In this document: positions 45,876-56,976 of the stretch, in pieces
Numbering within the stretch: position 1 is the first letter of the stretch
Layout of the letters: each line of letters starts with the position of its first letter
From: Rhodanobacter sp.
GTDB taxonomy: Bacteria > Pseudomonadota > Gammaproteobacteria > Xanthomonadales > Rhodanobacteraceae
Reading direction: 5' to 3'
Length of the DNA: 64,000 nucleotides
Assembly: GCA_004322005.1 (NCBI GenBank)
Contig: SCRF01000109.1
Span: 632 to 64,631, forward strand
Made by a program: the position numbers and the translations under genes
The notes under the pieces: generated by a model
The model's database searches: none
The model's input: the letters and a program-made list of their open reading frames with translations, nothing else
Told to the model about the DNA's origin: nothing

Positions 45876-47237
45876 TTACTGGAGCAGTGCGTTGATCGCC
45901 TCGATGTCCTTCAGGTCGGCGGTACCGGCAGCCTGCTTGAGCAGCAGCTTGTTGAGGACGAACTGGTGCCGGGTCTGCGAGTAATTGCTTTCCGACTGGG
46001 TCAGGGTCTGAATGGCCAGCAGCACTTCGGTGAAGGTCTGGGTGCCCACCTCGAAACCCGCCCGGGTGGCCTCCAGTGCTTTCTGGCCCGATTCCACCGA
46101 AGCCTTGCCGGACTGCACCTGGGAGATCCCGGCGATCACCGAACGATAGTAGTTGAGGGTGTTCTGGATCACCTGGCGACGCTGCAGTTCCATCGAGTCG
46201 GTCGCGGCATCGCGCTGATAGATCGATTGGCGCACACGCGACTGGGTGCCGCCACCCTCGAACAGCGGTACGTTCAAGGTCAGGCCCATCGTGATCGAAT
46301 GCGGTCGGTTCGGGAAGGAAAGGGGGCGCTGGAACCAGCCGGTGGTCTTGCTGTAGCTGACGCCTGCCGTGATGGTCGGCAGGTGGCCGGCGCGGGCTGC
46401 GCTGATGTTGTGCTCGGCCGTTTCCACATTGTCCTTCTGCGCCAGCAGGTTCGGGTTGGTCTGCAAGGCCTGCTTGACCCAGGCACTCGGGTCGGCCGGC
46501 ACGGGCGGTTGCATGGGCAGCTCCTCGCGCAGCTTCTTGAGATGGCCGATCGGCTTGCCGGTGATGACCTTCAGGGCCTCCTTGTCGTTTTCGAGCGTGT
46601 TTTGCGCCGTGATCGTCTGCGTCCTTGCGTTCTCGTAAAACGCCTTGGCCTGATACACGTTGGTGATCGCGGCCAGGCCGACCTTGAACTGCTGACTGGC
46701 CTGGTCGTATTGCCGCTTGAAGGCATCTTCGTTGGCCTTGGCGTAGGTCAGCTGGTCTTCATCGTTCAACACGCTGAAGTAGGCTTCGGTGACCCGGACC
46801 AACAGATTCTGCAATGCGGCCTGGTAGATCTCGTCCTCTGCATTCGCAGCCGAGTGGGCCGCCTTCAGATTGGCGAACTTGCTGAAGTCCAGCACTGTCT
46901 GACTGATCTGGCCATTGATTTGTCGCGTGCGCGTGTGACCCGTCTGGGTGGTGATCGTGATGAGCTGGCCCGGGTTGTTCGGGTCCGGGATGACGGTGGT
47001 GCCACCGCCACTGCCACCGTTGGTCTGATCCAATGAAAGGCCGGCCGAGACCTGCGGCAACAGCAGGGCCCGCGCCTGGTTCACGCCTTCGCCGGTGGCC
47101 AGTCGCGTGGCGTCGGCCTGCGACAGCACCGGATCGTTGGCGACGGCTTGACGGTAGGCGGAAAGCAGATCTTCGCCGTGGCTGGGCAGTGAAATGGCGG
47201 CCAGTGCCAGCGCCAGGGTGAGCAGCTTCAAACGCAT
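45876..47237 (-). CDS. tolC: TolC-family outer membrane channel
   Basis: Signal peptide, then EDLLSAYRQAVANDPVL.. and two internal repeats of the TolC fold. Confidence 0.85.
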   Translation of the reverse strand: MRLKLLTLALALAAISLPSHGEDLLSAYRQAVANDPVLSQADATRLATGEGVNQARALLLPQVSAGLSLDQTNGGSGGGTTVIPDPNNPGQLITITTQTGHTRTRQINGQISQTVLDFSKFANLKAAHSAANAEDEIYQAALQNLLVRVTEAYFSVLNDEDQLTYAKANEDAFKRQYDQASQQFKVGLAAITNVYQAKAFYENARTQTITAQNTLENDKEALKVITGKPIGHLKKLREELPMQPPVPADPSAWVKQALQTNPNLLAQKDNVETAEHNISAARAGHLPTITAGVSYSKTTGWFQRPLSFPNRPHSITMGLTLNVPLFEGGGTQSRVRQSIYQRDAATDSMELQRRQVIQNTLNYYRSVIAGISQVQSGKASVESGQKALEATRAGFEVGTQTFTEVLLAIQTLTQSESNYSQTRHQFVLNKLLLKQAAGTADLKDIEAINALLQ

Positions 47238-47270
47238 AGGATGTCTCGATGGGAATCGGTCGGGGCACGG

Positions 47271-47939
47271 TCAAAAAACGAAGCGTTGCGGCGGTTCGGC
47301 ATGGGTCAGATAGGGCAAGTCGGTCTCGAACAGGCTTTCTTCGCGGTAGTGACCCGACCCCTCAAGCGTCATCAGGCTGGCGTGCTGCACCGGCGACAGG
47401 CCGCGCACGACCACCATCCGGCCGCCGGGCTTGAGCCAGCTCAGCCAGCGCGGCGGGATCTCGAACACCGCGCCGGTCACCACCACGGCATCGAACAATC
47501 CATCGGGTTGCCAGGCATTGACCGCTTCGCCGGTGACCAGGCTGGTGTTGGCGATGCCGGCGTCCAGCAGGTGCCGTGTAGCCGCCGCCGTGAAATCCGC
47601 ATGGATGTCCACAGTTGTCACGTGTGCCGACAGCCCGGCCAGACAAGCGGTCAGGAACCCCGACCCGGTACCGATTTCCAGCACCTTGTCGGCTGGCTGC
47701 AATTGCAGTGCCTGCAGCACGCGGGCTTCCAGTACCGGCTTCATCATGACTTCGCCGTGGCCCAGCGGCAGACACAGATCGGCAAACGCGAGTTGTCGGT
47801 GCGCGGGCGCGACGAAGTCCTCGCGATGAACCCGACTGATGACATCCAGTACCCGGCCGTCCAGTACCTCCCATGGACGTACCTGGCTTTCCACCATGTT
47901 CAGCCGCGCCTGCTCGAAGTTCATAGCCATCTTGTTCAT
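47271..47939 (-). CDS. protein-L-isoaspartate O-methyltransferase-family protein (Pcm paralogue linked to tolC)
   Basis: VLEIGTGSGFLTACLA SAM motif with a Pcm-like layout. Start is ambiguous (47939/47930/47924). Confidence 0.7.
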   Translation of the reverse strand: MNKMAMNFEQARLNMVESQVRPWEVLDGRVLDVISRVHREDFVAPAHRQLAFADLCLPLGHGEVMMKPVLEARVLQALQLQPADKVLEIGTGSGFLTACLAGLSAHVTTVDIHADFTAAATRHLLDAGIANTSLVTGEAVNAWQPDGLFDAVVVTGAVFEIPPRWLSWLKPGGRMVVVRGLSPVQHASLMTLEGSGHYREESLFETDLPYLTHAEPPQRFVF

Positions 47940-48178
47940 GTCCCGTGTGGATCGAAAAAGGTCGGTCAAGTGCGCAAGTTTATCCCCACCCCGGCAAGCC
48001 TGCCGCTTGTGCGGCAGGTCACGAAGTGCCGGAAGTCATCGCGAGCTGTTGACGGGCGTCACCTGCACATCGAGTGCAGCTTCTTTGAGGCGCCTGCAAC
48101 GTTGATCGGGCTGTTCTGGAAAATAATTGAACCGGCACGTATACTAAACTTTGAATTTTCCTTTGTGAAGGTGCGGGC

Positions 48179-48829
48179 ATGACAATCGGCACGCCAACCA
48201 AACCCCAGGGGCCGGGTCGCCCGAAGGACATGGAGAAACGTGCGGCGATTCTGGCGGCGGCGAAGGGACTGTTCATCCGCAATGCCTTTGCCGGTACCAG
48301 CATGGATGCGATTGCGACTGATGCGGGGGTATCCAAACTCACTGTCTACAGCCACTTTGGCGACAAGGACAACCTGTTCCGCGAAGTGATCCGTGCCCGC
48401 ATCCACGATCTGTTGCCGGAGAATCTCTACGCCTACGACCCGCACGTCGATATTGGCGTGACCTTGCTCGGGATCGCGCAGGCGCACATGCGCATGGACT
48501 GCGAGGCGGACAACGTCGGCACCATTCGCGCCATCCTCAGCGACTGCCGACAGGGCAACCCCCGTTACGGCAAACTGCTGTGGGAAGAAGGGCCGGCGCG
48601 CACGCATCACCTGATGGAACGGTTGTTGCGACAGGCGGTTGACGATGGCGCGCTGGAGATTCCCGTCGTGAAGACGGCGAGCGTGCAGTTCTTCTCGTTG
48701 ATCAAGGGCGATCTGCTGCTGCGGCGGCTGTTCGCCTGCGATGAATGTCCGGTGGCCGCCGCGGTGGAGATCGAGGAAATGGCACGTACTGGAGTGGACA
48801 CATTTCTGCGCGCCTACCGGCCGCGCTGA
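48179..48829 (+). CDS. TetR/AcrR-family transcriptional regulator
   Basis: N-terminal HTH ..ILAAAKGLFIRNAFAGTSMDAIATDAGVSKLTVYSHFGDKDNLF. An AT-rich upstream region spans 48100-48178. Confidence 0.8.
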   Translation: MTIGTPTKPQGPGRPKDMEKRAAILAAAKGLFIRNAFAGTSMDAIATDAGVSKLTVYSHFGDKDNLFREVIRARIHDLLPENLYAYDPHVDIGVTLLGIAQAHMRMDCEADNVGTIRAILSDCRQGNPRYGKLLWEEGPARTHHLMERLLRQAVDDGALEIPVVKTASVQFFSLIKGDLLLRRLFACDECPVAAAVEIEEMARTGVDTFLRAYRPR

Positions 48830-48906
48830 CTGCCTGCTCGCGATCGGCCTCGATCGCAATGCGTGCCTGGTTCCTGCAGGCAGCATTGCGCTTGGTCAAG
48901 AGGAAA

Positions 48907-49443
48907 TCAGCTATTTTCCTGCTCGTAGCGCTGGACGCCAGCCAGAATCTCGGTCTTTGCGTCATCCGCGCCGACCCAGCCCTCCAGCTTCACCCACTTG
49001 CCTGTCTCCAGATCCTTGTAGTGCTCGAAGAAGTGGCCGATGCGCTCCAGCCAGTGTGACGAAACACCCTTGATGTCGGTGATGTGGGCGTATCCCGGGA
49101 AGATCTTCGGCGCCGGTATCACCAGCAGCTTCTCGTCGCTGCCGGATTCGTCGGTCATCTTCAGCATGCCGACCGGCAGGCAGCGGATCACCGAGCCGGG
49201 GATCAGCGGCAGCGGCAGGATCACCAGCGCATCCAGCGGATCGCCATCGCCGCCCAGCGTGCCGGGCACGTAGCCGTAGTTGCACGGGTAGCGCATCGGG
49301 GTGGACAGGATGCGGTCGACGAAGATCGCACCGCTGGACTTTTCCACCTCGTACTTGACCGGCTCGGCATCCTTGGGGATTTCGATGATCACGTTGATTT
49401 CGTTCGGCACATCGCTGCCGGCACAGACAAGCTGCAGACTCAT
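48907..49443 (-). CDS. ppa: inorganic pyrophosphatase (family I, soluble)
   Basis: ..NVIIEIPK..KYEVEK..DR..YPCNYGYVPGTL..DGDPLDALV.. signature. Confidence 0.9.
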   Translation of the reverse strand: MSLQLVCAGSDVPNEINVIIEIPKDAEPVKYEVEKSSGAIFVDRILSTPMRYPCNYGYVPGTLGGDGDPLDALVILPLPLIPGSVIRCLPVGMLKMTDESGSDEKLLVIPAPKIFPGYAHITDIKGVSSHWLERIGHFFEHYKDLETGKWVKLEGWVGADDAKTEILAGVQRYEQENS

Positions 49444-49562
49444 GGAAGGTCCTTGCACTGATCGGGGGTGGGCCGGCTAGGATACGCCAAATGCTGCTGC
49501 GTTGCAGCAATGGCGCGGGAATCATGGCTGCCGGCCCACCGAGACTGCGCGCAGGGCATGGC

Positions 49563-51701
49563 CTATTTCAACTGGTCCCACAGGAAGTCGTAGGCCAGCG
49601 CATGCATCAGTGCCGCCTGCCGGTTGTCCGCGCCGGCACCGTGGCCACCCTCGAGGTTCTCGTAGAACCAGACGTTCTTGTGACCCATCGCCTGCATCTT
49701 CGCTGCCATCTTGCGGGCTTGCGCCGGGCCGACACGATCGTCGCTGGTGGTGGTGTAGAACAGCACCGGCGGGTAGTGGCCGTCTTTCCTGACGTTCTGA
49801 TACGGCGAGAAGGTCTTGATGAAGTTCCAGTCCGCGGTATCCGGATTGCCGTATTCGGCGATCCACGAGGCGCCGGCGGAAAGATGGGTGTAGCGCTTCA
49901 TGTCCAGCAGCGGCACCTCGCAGGAGATCGCGCCGAACAGCTGCGGATAGGTCGTCAGCATGTTGCCCACCAGCAGGCCGCCATTACTGCCGCCTTCGGC
50001 GCCCAGGTGCTTCGGCGAAGTCACGCCACGCCTGATCAGATCCCGGGCCACCGCGGCAAAGTCCTCATAGGCCCGCGGCCGGTTCGCCTTCAGCGCTGCC
50101 TGGTGCCAGCGCGGGCCGTACTCGCCGCCGCCGCGGATATTGGCGATCACGTACACGCCGCCGCGCTGCAGCCAGGCGCGGCCGATGCTGCCGCTGTAAT
50201 GGGGCAGCAACGAGATCTCGAAACCACCGTAGCCGTACAACAGGGTGCGGTTGGAACCGTCGGGCTTGATCCCCTTCGGCGCGATCTCGAAGTAAGGCAC
50301 GCGGGTGCCGTCCTTCGAGCTGACGAAGTGCTGGCTGACCACGAAGCTGGAGGCATCGAAGAACGCCGGTTCCTGCTTGATCGTCTCGGCCGGCACGCTG
50401 CCGAGCACGCCGCGCTCCAGCGACGACGGGGTGAGGAAACCGGTCACGTCGAGCCAGTATTCGTCGCTGTGGTCGGGGTCGGTGTCGACCACGCTGGTCG
50501 TGCTCATCGCCGGCGCGCCGGTCATCGCCGCGCGCGTCCAGGTGCCGCTGGTTGCGGTACTGGCCGGCGGGGTGAGCAGCTCCAGCCGACTCTTGACGTC
50601 GTCCAGCACGTCCAGGATCACGTGATGCCGGGTCCAGCTGTAGGACGCCAGCGAGGTATGCGCATCCGGCTTGAACAACACGCTGAAGTGCCGCTGGCCG
50701 GCCATGAAGTCGTCGTATTTCGCCGCCAGCAATGCCCCGGAGGGATAGGTGGTGCCGCCGACGGTCCAGGCCGAGCGGGTCTGCACCAGCAGCCACTCGC
50801 GATGGGCATCGGCGATGGCGTCCGTCGGCACCTCGACCCGCGTGAGTTTCTCGCCGTTGCGCTGATACAGCTCGTTGTGGAAGAAGTCCTTCGCGACGGT
50901 GACGAAGTCACGCTCGAAGCCGGGCGTACGGTCATGCATGGCGCCGACAGCGAGATCGGTAGGTTCGCCGGCGTAGACTGTGGTTGCCGCGGATAGCGGC
51001 GTACCGCGCTTCCATTCCTTGACGATGCGCGGGTAGCTCGATTCGGTCATCGTGCCGGGGCCGAAGTCGGTACCGACATAGATCGTGTCGTCGTCGATCC
51101 AGCTGGCGTCGGTCTTTGCCACCGGCAAATCGAAACCACCCTTGACGAAGGATCTGTCCGGGATGTCGAACTCGCGGACGTTCACGGCATCGCCGCCGTC
51201 CGGCGACAGCGAGATCAGGCAGCGTTCGTACTTCGGCTTCAGGCACTGGACACCCATGAACACCCAGCGCTTGCCTTCGGTCTTGTTCAGCGCGTCGAGG
51301 TCGAGCAGCACATCCCACTGCGGATCGGCCTTGCGATACTCGGCCAGCGTGGTGCGGCGCCAGATGCCGCGCGGATGCGCCTTGTCGCGCCAGAAGTTGT
51401 AGAGGTAACCGCCCATCCGGCTGACCTCGGGGATGCGCGCATCGGAGTCGAGCACCGCGAGGATGCCGTCGCGGGTTTTCGTGAACTCGGCATTGTCGAG
51501 AAAGCGTTTTGCCGTCACGGCATTTTCGGCCTTGACCCAGGCCATCGGGCGGGCGCCGTGAATGTCCTCCAGCCACAGGTAGGGATCCTCGCCGGCGCGG
51601 CTGTCTGCGGGGGTATGGGCGGGTTGGCTGTCGCGGGCACTGGCGTGATCCATGCCCGCCAGTGTGAGGCCAAGCGCCAGCATCAGCCAGACCGATTTCA
51701 T
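49563..51701 (-). CDS. prolyl oligopeptidase (S9A) family serine peptidase, secreted
   Basis: Signal peptide, a beta-propeller region, the catalytic GGSNGGLL, and a C-terminal ..GGHGAG... Confidence 0.85.
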   Translation of the reverse strand: MKSVWLMLALGLTLAGMDHASARDSQPAHTPADSRAGEDPYLWLEDIHGARPMAWVKAENAVTAKRFLDNAEFTKTRDGILAVLDSDARIPEVSRMGGYLYNFWRDKAHPRGIWRRTTLAEYRKADPQWDVLLDLDALNKTEGKRWVFMGVQCLKPKYERCLISLSPDGGDAVNVREFDIPDRSFVKGGFDLPVAKTDASWIDDDTIYVGTDFGPGTMTESSYPRIVKEWKRGTPLSAATTVYAGEPTDLAVGAMHDRTPGFERDFVTVAKDFFHNELYQRNGEKLTRVEVPTDAIADAHREWLLVQTRSAWTVGGTTYPSGALLAAKYDDFMAGQRHFSVLFKPDAHTSLASYSWTRHHVILDVLDDVKSRLELLTPPASTATSGTWTRAAMTGAPAMSTTSVVDTDPDHSDEYWLDVTGFLTPSSLERGVLGSVPAETIKQEPAFFDASSFVVSQHFVSSKDGTRVPYFEIAPKGIKPDGSNRTLLYGYGGFEISLLPHYSGSIGRAWLQRGGVYVIANIRGGGEYGPRWHQAALKANRPRAYEDFAAVARDLIRRGVTSPKHLGAEGGSNGGLLVGNMLTTYPQLFGAISCEVPLLDMKRYTHLSAGASWIAEYGNPDTADWNFIKTFSPYQNVRKDGHYPPVLFYTTTSDDRVGPAQARKMAAKMQAMGHKNVWFYENLEGGHGAGADNRQAALMHALAYDFLWDQLK

Positions 51702-51788
51702 GATGTGTCCCTGTGGGCGGTGGATTGCGGTTTGAGCGTAGTCGTCCGGAGAGGTGATCGCCCGTGACTAAAGTCAGGCCTGAAAGGA

Positions 51789-51815
51789 CAAAGCCCCGCA
51801 CGATGCGGGGCTTTG
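51789..51815. terminator. hairpin terminator downstream of the H+-PPase gene
   Basis: caaagccccgca-cga-tgcggggctttg. Confidence 0.55.
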
Positions 51816-51902
51816 TTGTGGTTCGTTGCGGCGTGGGCCTTACCGCTTGGCAGAGCGGGGCTTTGTTGTAGTTCGTGGCAGCGTGGAGGCCCTCACCCCT
51901 TG

Positions 51903-51926
51903 CCCTCTCCCGCAAGCGGGAGAGGG
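51903..51926. repeat. C-tract/G-tract hairpin repeat
   Basis: ccctctcccgc-aa-gcgggagaggg (perfect 11-bp stem). Confidence 0.7.
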
Positions 51927-51984
51927 GGAGTCGGTGCCGAGCGGGAGCGCTCATCGGGAACTACGGTAACCCCACGGCTGATCG

Positions 51985-54039
<2,055 letters not shown>

Positions 54040-54200
54040 CGGAGCCTCCCATGAGTTGTCACCCTGACCCCCGGAGTTGTCGACAGACAAGCCGGAGATG
54101 ACCGTCCAGGACGGGCGGTCCCGTGGAGTATAGACAGACGTTGTGGCGCAGGCTGTTGTGCGGCGCAATGTCGCACAGGTGCGGGTCACGACCGTGCAAC

Positions 54201-54230
54201 GAAAAGGCCCTGCACGGATGCATGGCCTTT
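54201..54230 (-). terminator. hairpin terminator downstream of the RcnB-like gene
   Basis: aaaggccctgca-cgga-tgcatggccttt. Confidence 0.5.
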
Positions 54231-54268
54231 AGTCGTTTGCGATGGCGCCGGCTCAGTGCGAAAGCGGC

Positions 54269-54670
54269 TCAGTGCGTCGCGATATCCAGGATGATGCCGG
54301 TAGCGACAGCGACCAGCAGATAGTCATTGTCGTCGTCACGTACCCAGCGGTAGCCGCGCGGTGGCGGGCGCAGACGGTAGTATCTGTAGTCGCGGACCAC
54401 ATAGTCCGGACCGTCGTAGCGATGACCGCGTTCCCAATGACGATGCCCATAATGGCGCCGGCCACCGCCCCGATCGCCGTAGCCGTGATCGTGATCGCGG
54501 CTACGGTCATGGCGACCTCGGTCGTGACCATCGCCATGGCCCCGGTCATGCCCCCGGTCGTGGCCATGATGGTCCTGCTCGTCGTGGTCTCGTGGGCTGG
54601 GTGCGGCCAGCGCCAGACTGGCGCTGGCGAGCAGGCAGGTGGCGAACAAAAGGCGGTGGATGATTTTCAT
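54269..54670 (-). CDS. RcnB-like periplasmic protein with a His/Asp/Arg/Gly-rich tract
   Basis: GGAGG Shine-Dalgarno and a signal peptide. An HDRGHDRGHGDGHDRG-type tract is followed by the C-terminal ..PPPRGYRWVRDDDNDYLLVAVATGIILDI typical of RcnB/YohN. Confidence 0.55.
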   Translation of the reverse strand: MKIIHRLLFATCLLASASLALAAPSPRDHDEQDHHGHDRGHDRGHGDGHDRGRHDRSRDHDHGYGDRGGGRRHYGHRHWERGHRYDGPDYVVRDYRYYRLRPPPRGYRWVRDDDNDYLLVAVATGIILDIATH

Positions 54671-54835
54671 CAAGGTGTCCTCCGTATGGTGTGACGGCTG
54701 CAGCATTGCAGTCGTCAACCGGGCAGTTCCATCGTAAGAACCTGTGCCTGAACGCAAGGGCGCGTTCAGGCGGTTCGCTTCAGCCTCTCAGTCTCGGGCA
54801 CGGCAGCGGCTGGCGCACGTTCCTTCCTTGCGGGC

Positions 54836-56119
54836 TCAGCGCAACGAGGCGAAGTCAGCCAGTTTCCTGGCCACGGCAACATTCCTGAGCTGCACGTAGC
54901 GTGGCAGGCCATCCTTGCCGTACGGCAGCGGTGCTTCACCGCGGATCAGCGGCACCAGATAGCGGCGGGCGGCAGCGGTGATGCCGAAGCCGTCGCGGCT
55001 GATGAAGTTTCTCGGCATCTTCTTTTCGCGATTGGCGATCTTCGCCAGCGCTGCCGGTTCGATCTTCCAGCGGTATGGGGCATCGCTGCTGCGCACGATC
55101 ACCGGCATCACGGCGTTCATGCCGGCCAGCGCATAGCCGACCGCGGCCTTGCCGACCGCAAAGGCCTGTTCGGCATCTACCGCGGAGGCGGCATGACGTG
55201 CGGAACGCTGCAGGTAATCGGGCACCGCCCAGTGGTATTTGTAGCCCAGCTTTTCCTGCACGAGTGCGGCCAGCACCGGCGCCACGCCGCCGAGCTGGGC
55301 GTGCCCGAATGCATCGCGCGTACCTGCTTCGGCGAGGAACTGGCCGGCGGCGTTGCGCACGCCCTCGGAGGCGACCACGGTGCACCAGCCGACGCGTTCG
55401 ACCGTGGCTTTCACCCGGGCCAGGAATGCCGCTTGGTCGAACGGGTTCTCGGGGAACAGGATGATGTGCGGCGCCGCATCCCCGTCTTCGCCGGCGAGGC
55501 CGGCGGCAGCGGCGATCCAGCCCGCATGGCGACCCATCACTTCGAGGATGAACACCTTGGTCGAGGTTTCGGCCATCGAGGCCACATCGAGGCTCGCTTC
55601 CAGCGTGGAGATCGCGGTGTACTTGGCGACCGAACCGAAGCCGGGGCAGCAGTCGGTTACCGCCAGATCGTTGTCCACCGTCTTCGGCACGCCGATGCAG
55701 CGGATGTCGTAGCCCAGGGCCTTGCCGATCTGCGAGATCTTCAACGCCGTGTCGGCCGAATCGTTGCCGCCGTTGTAGAGAAACCAGCGGATGTTGTGCG
55801 CACGGAACACCTCGATCAGCCGTTCGTACTCGGCGCGGTTCGCCTCCAGCGACTTCAACTTGTAGCGGCAGGAGCCGAACGCGCCGCCGGGGGTATGGCG
55901 CAGCGCGGCGATCGCGGCCTTCGATTCCTTCGAGGTGTCGATGAGCTCTTCGCGCAGCGCGCCGAGGATACCGTTGCGGGCGGCGTAAACCTTTACGCCG
56001 CGGGCACGCGCGGCTTCGATCACGCCGGCGGCGGTGGCATTGATCACCGCAGTCACGCCGCCGGACTGGGCGTACAGCAGGTTGCCGGTGATGGCGGGCA
56101 GGGGGCGGGTTGGGCTCAT
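54836..56119 (-). CDS. pfp: pyrophosphate-dependent 6-phosphofructokinase (PPi-PFK) family
   Basis: ..AQSGGVTAVINA.., GGNDS, PKTVDNDL and MGRHAGW motifs. Start at the internal ATG 56119 with a GAGGA Shine-Dalgarno. PPi versus ATP specificity is inferred, not proven. Confidence 0.75.
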   Translation of the reverse strand: MSPTRPLPAITGNLLYAQSGGVTAVINATAAGVIEAARARGVKVYAARNGILGALREELIDTSKESKAAIAALRHTPGGAFGSCRYKLKSLEANRAEYERLIEVFRAHNIRWFLYNGGNDSADTALKISQIGKALGYDIRCIGVPKTVDNDLAVTDCCPGFGSVAKYTAISTLEASLDVASMAETSTKVFILEVMGRHAGWIAAAAGLAGEDGDAAPHIILFPENPFDQAAFLARVKATVERVGWCTVVASEGVRNAAGQFLAEAGTRDAFGHAQLGGVAPVLAALVQEKLGYKYHWAVPDYLQRSARHAASAVDAEQAFAVGKAAVGYALAGMNAVMPVIVRSSDAPYRWKIEPAALAKIANREKKMPRNFISRDGFGITAAARRYLVPLIRGEAPLPYGKDGLPRYVQLRNVAVARKLADFASLR

Positions 56120-56308
56120 GGGTGTCCTCGATGGCAGTGGTGGTCTAGAGATGGTCAGTGGCAAATCTTTCAGCAACAGGTAGTTGGCGGCAAGTGACGA
56201 ACGAATCTGTTTGACGGCACCCGGTGCAGACGCTAATTTGGCCACTCATTCTGGGAATCTGTCGGGCAGCTGCAGTGTGTGGCCACCCCGCCAAACATGT
56301 GGAGCATT

Positions 56309-56893
56309 ATGCGACTTGTCCTACTAGGTGCGCCCGGCTCGGGCAAAGGGACGCAGGCGGCCCGGCTCAAGACGGCACTGGGTGTGCCGCACATCTCCAC
56401 CGGCGACATGCTGCGTGCCGCCGTCGCGGCAGGTACGGCGATGGGACTGAAGGCCAAGGCGGTGATGGATGCCGGGCAACTGGTCTCCGACGACATCCTG
56501 CTCGGCATGCTGGAAGATCGTCTTGCGCAGGATGACGCCAAGGCCGGTTTCATCCTGGACGGCTATCCGCGCAACCTTGCCCAGGCCGATGCGCTCGATC
56601 ACCTGCTGGCCCGGATCGGTCAGCCACTGGATGCGGTCGTCAAGCTCAAGGTCCCCAGCGAAGTGATCGTGGGCCGCTGCGAGATCCGCTTCAAGGCGGA
56701 AGCCCGGGCCGACGACAATCCGGACACCGTGCGCAAGCGGCTGGACATCTATGCCGAACAGACGGCGCCGGTGGCGGATTTCTACGCCAGGCGGGGCAAG
56801 CTGCAGGTCGTCGACGGTGTCGGCGAGCTCGACGAGATCACGGCGCGGATCAAGCGTGCGCTGCACGCCGAATCGGCCACCGCCGGCAACTGA
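56309..56893 (+). CDS. adk: adenylate kinase (short-lid type)
   Basis: MRLVLLGAPGSGKGTQA..ISTGDMLR..ILDGYPR. Confidence 0.92.
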   Translation: MRLVLLGAPGSGKGTQAARLKTALGVPHISTGDMLRAAVAAGTAMGLKAKAVMDAGQLVSDDILLGMLEDRLAQDDAKAGFILDGYPRNLAQADALDHLLARIGQPLDAVVKLKVPSEVIVGRCEIRFKAEARADDNPDTVRKRLDIYAEQTAPVADFYARRGKLQVVDGVGELDEITARIKRALHAESATAGN

Positions 56894-56976
56894 GCGGCAC
56901 GGACCGCTGCTCCGTCTTGTAGGGCGGCATCAATGCGATGCCGCCCGGCGCCACGCTTTCACGCAACGGGTTATCC

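Noticed and set aside
48100-48178. AT-rich stretch upstream of the TetR regulator, considered as a palindromic operator (aaaataattgaa ... tttgaatttt).
   Set aside because: The two halves are only loosely inverted-complementary. The AT-richness fits a promoter region, but no specific operator can be supported by eye.
54249-54276. 16-bp-period direct repeat cggctcagtgcg occurring twice at the rcnB-like stop codon.
   Set aside because: It is real but tiny (12 bp, two copies). It has no evident function beyond duplicating the stop context and is not worth a finding.
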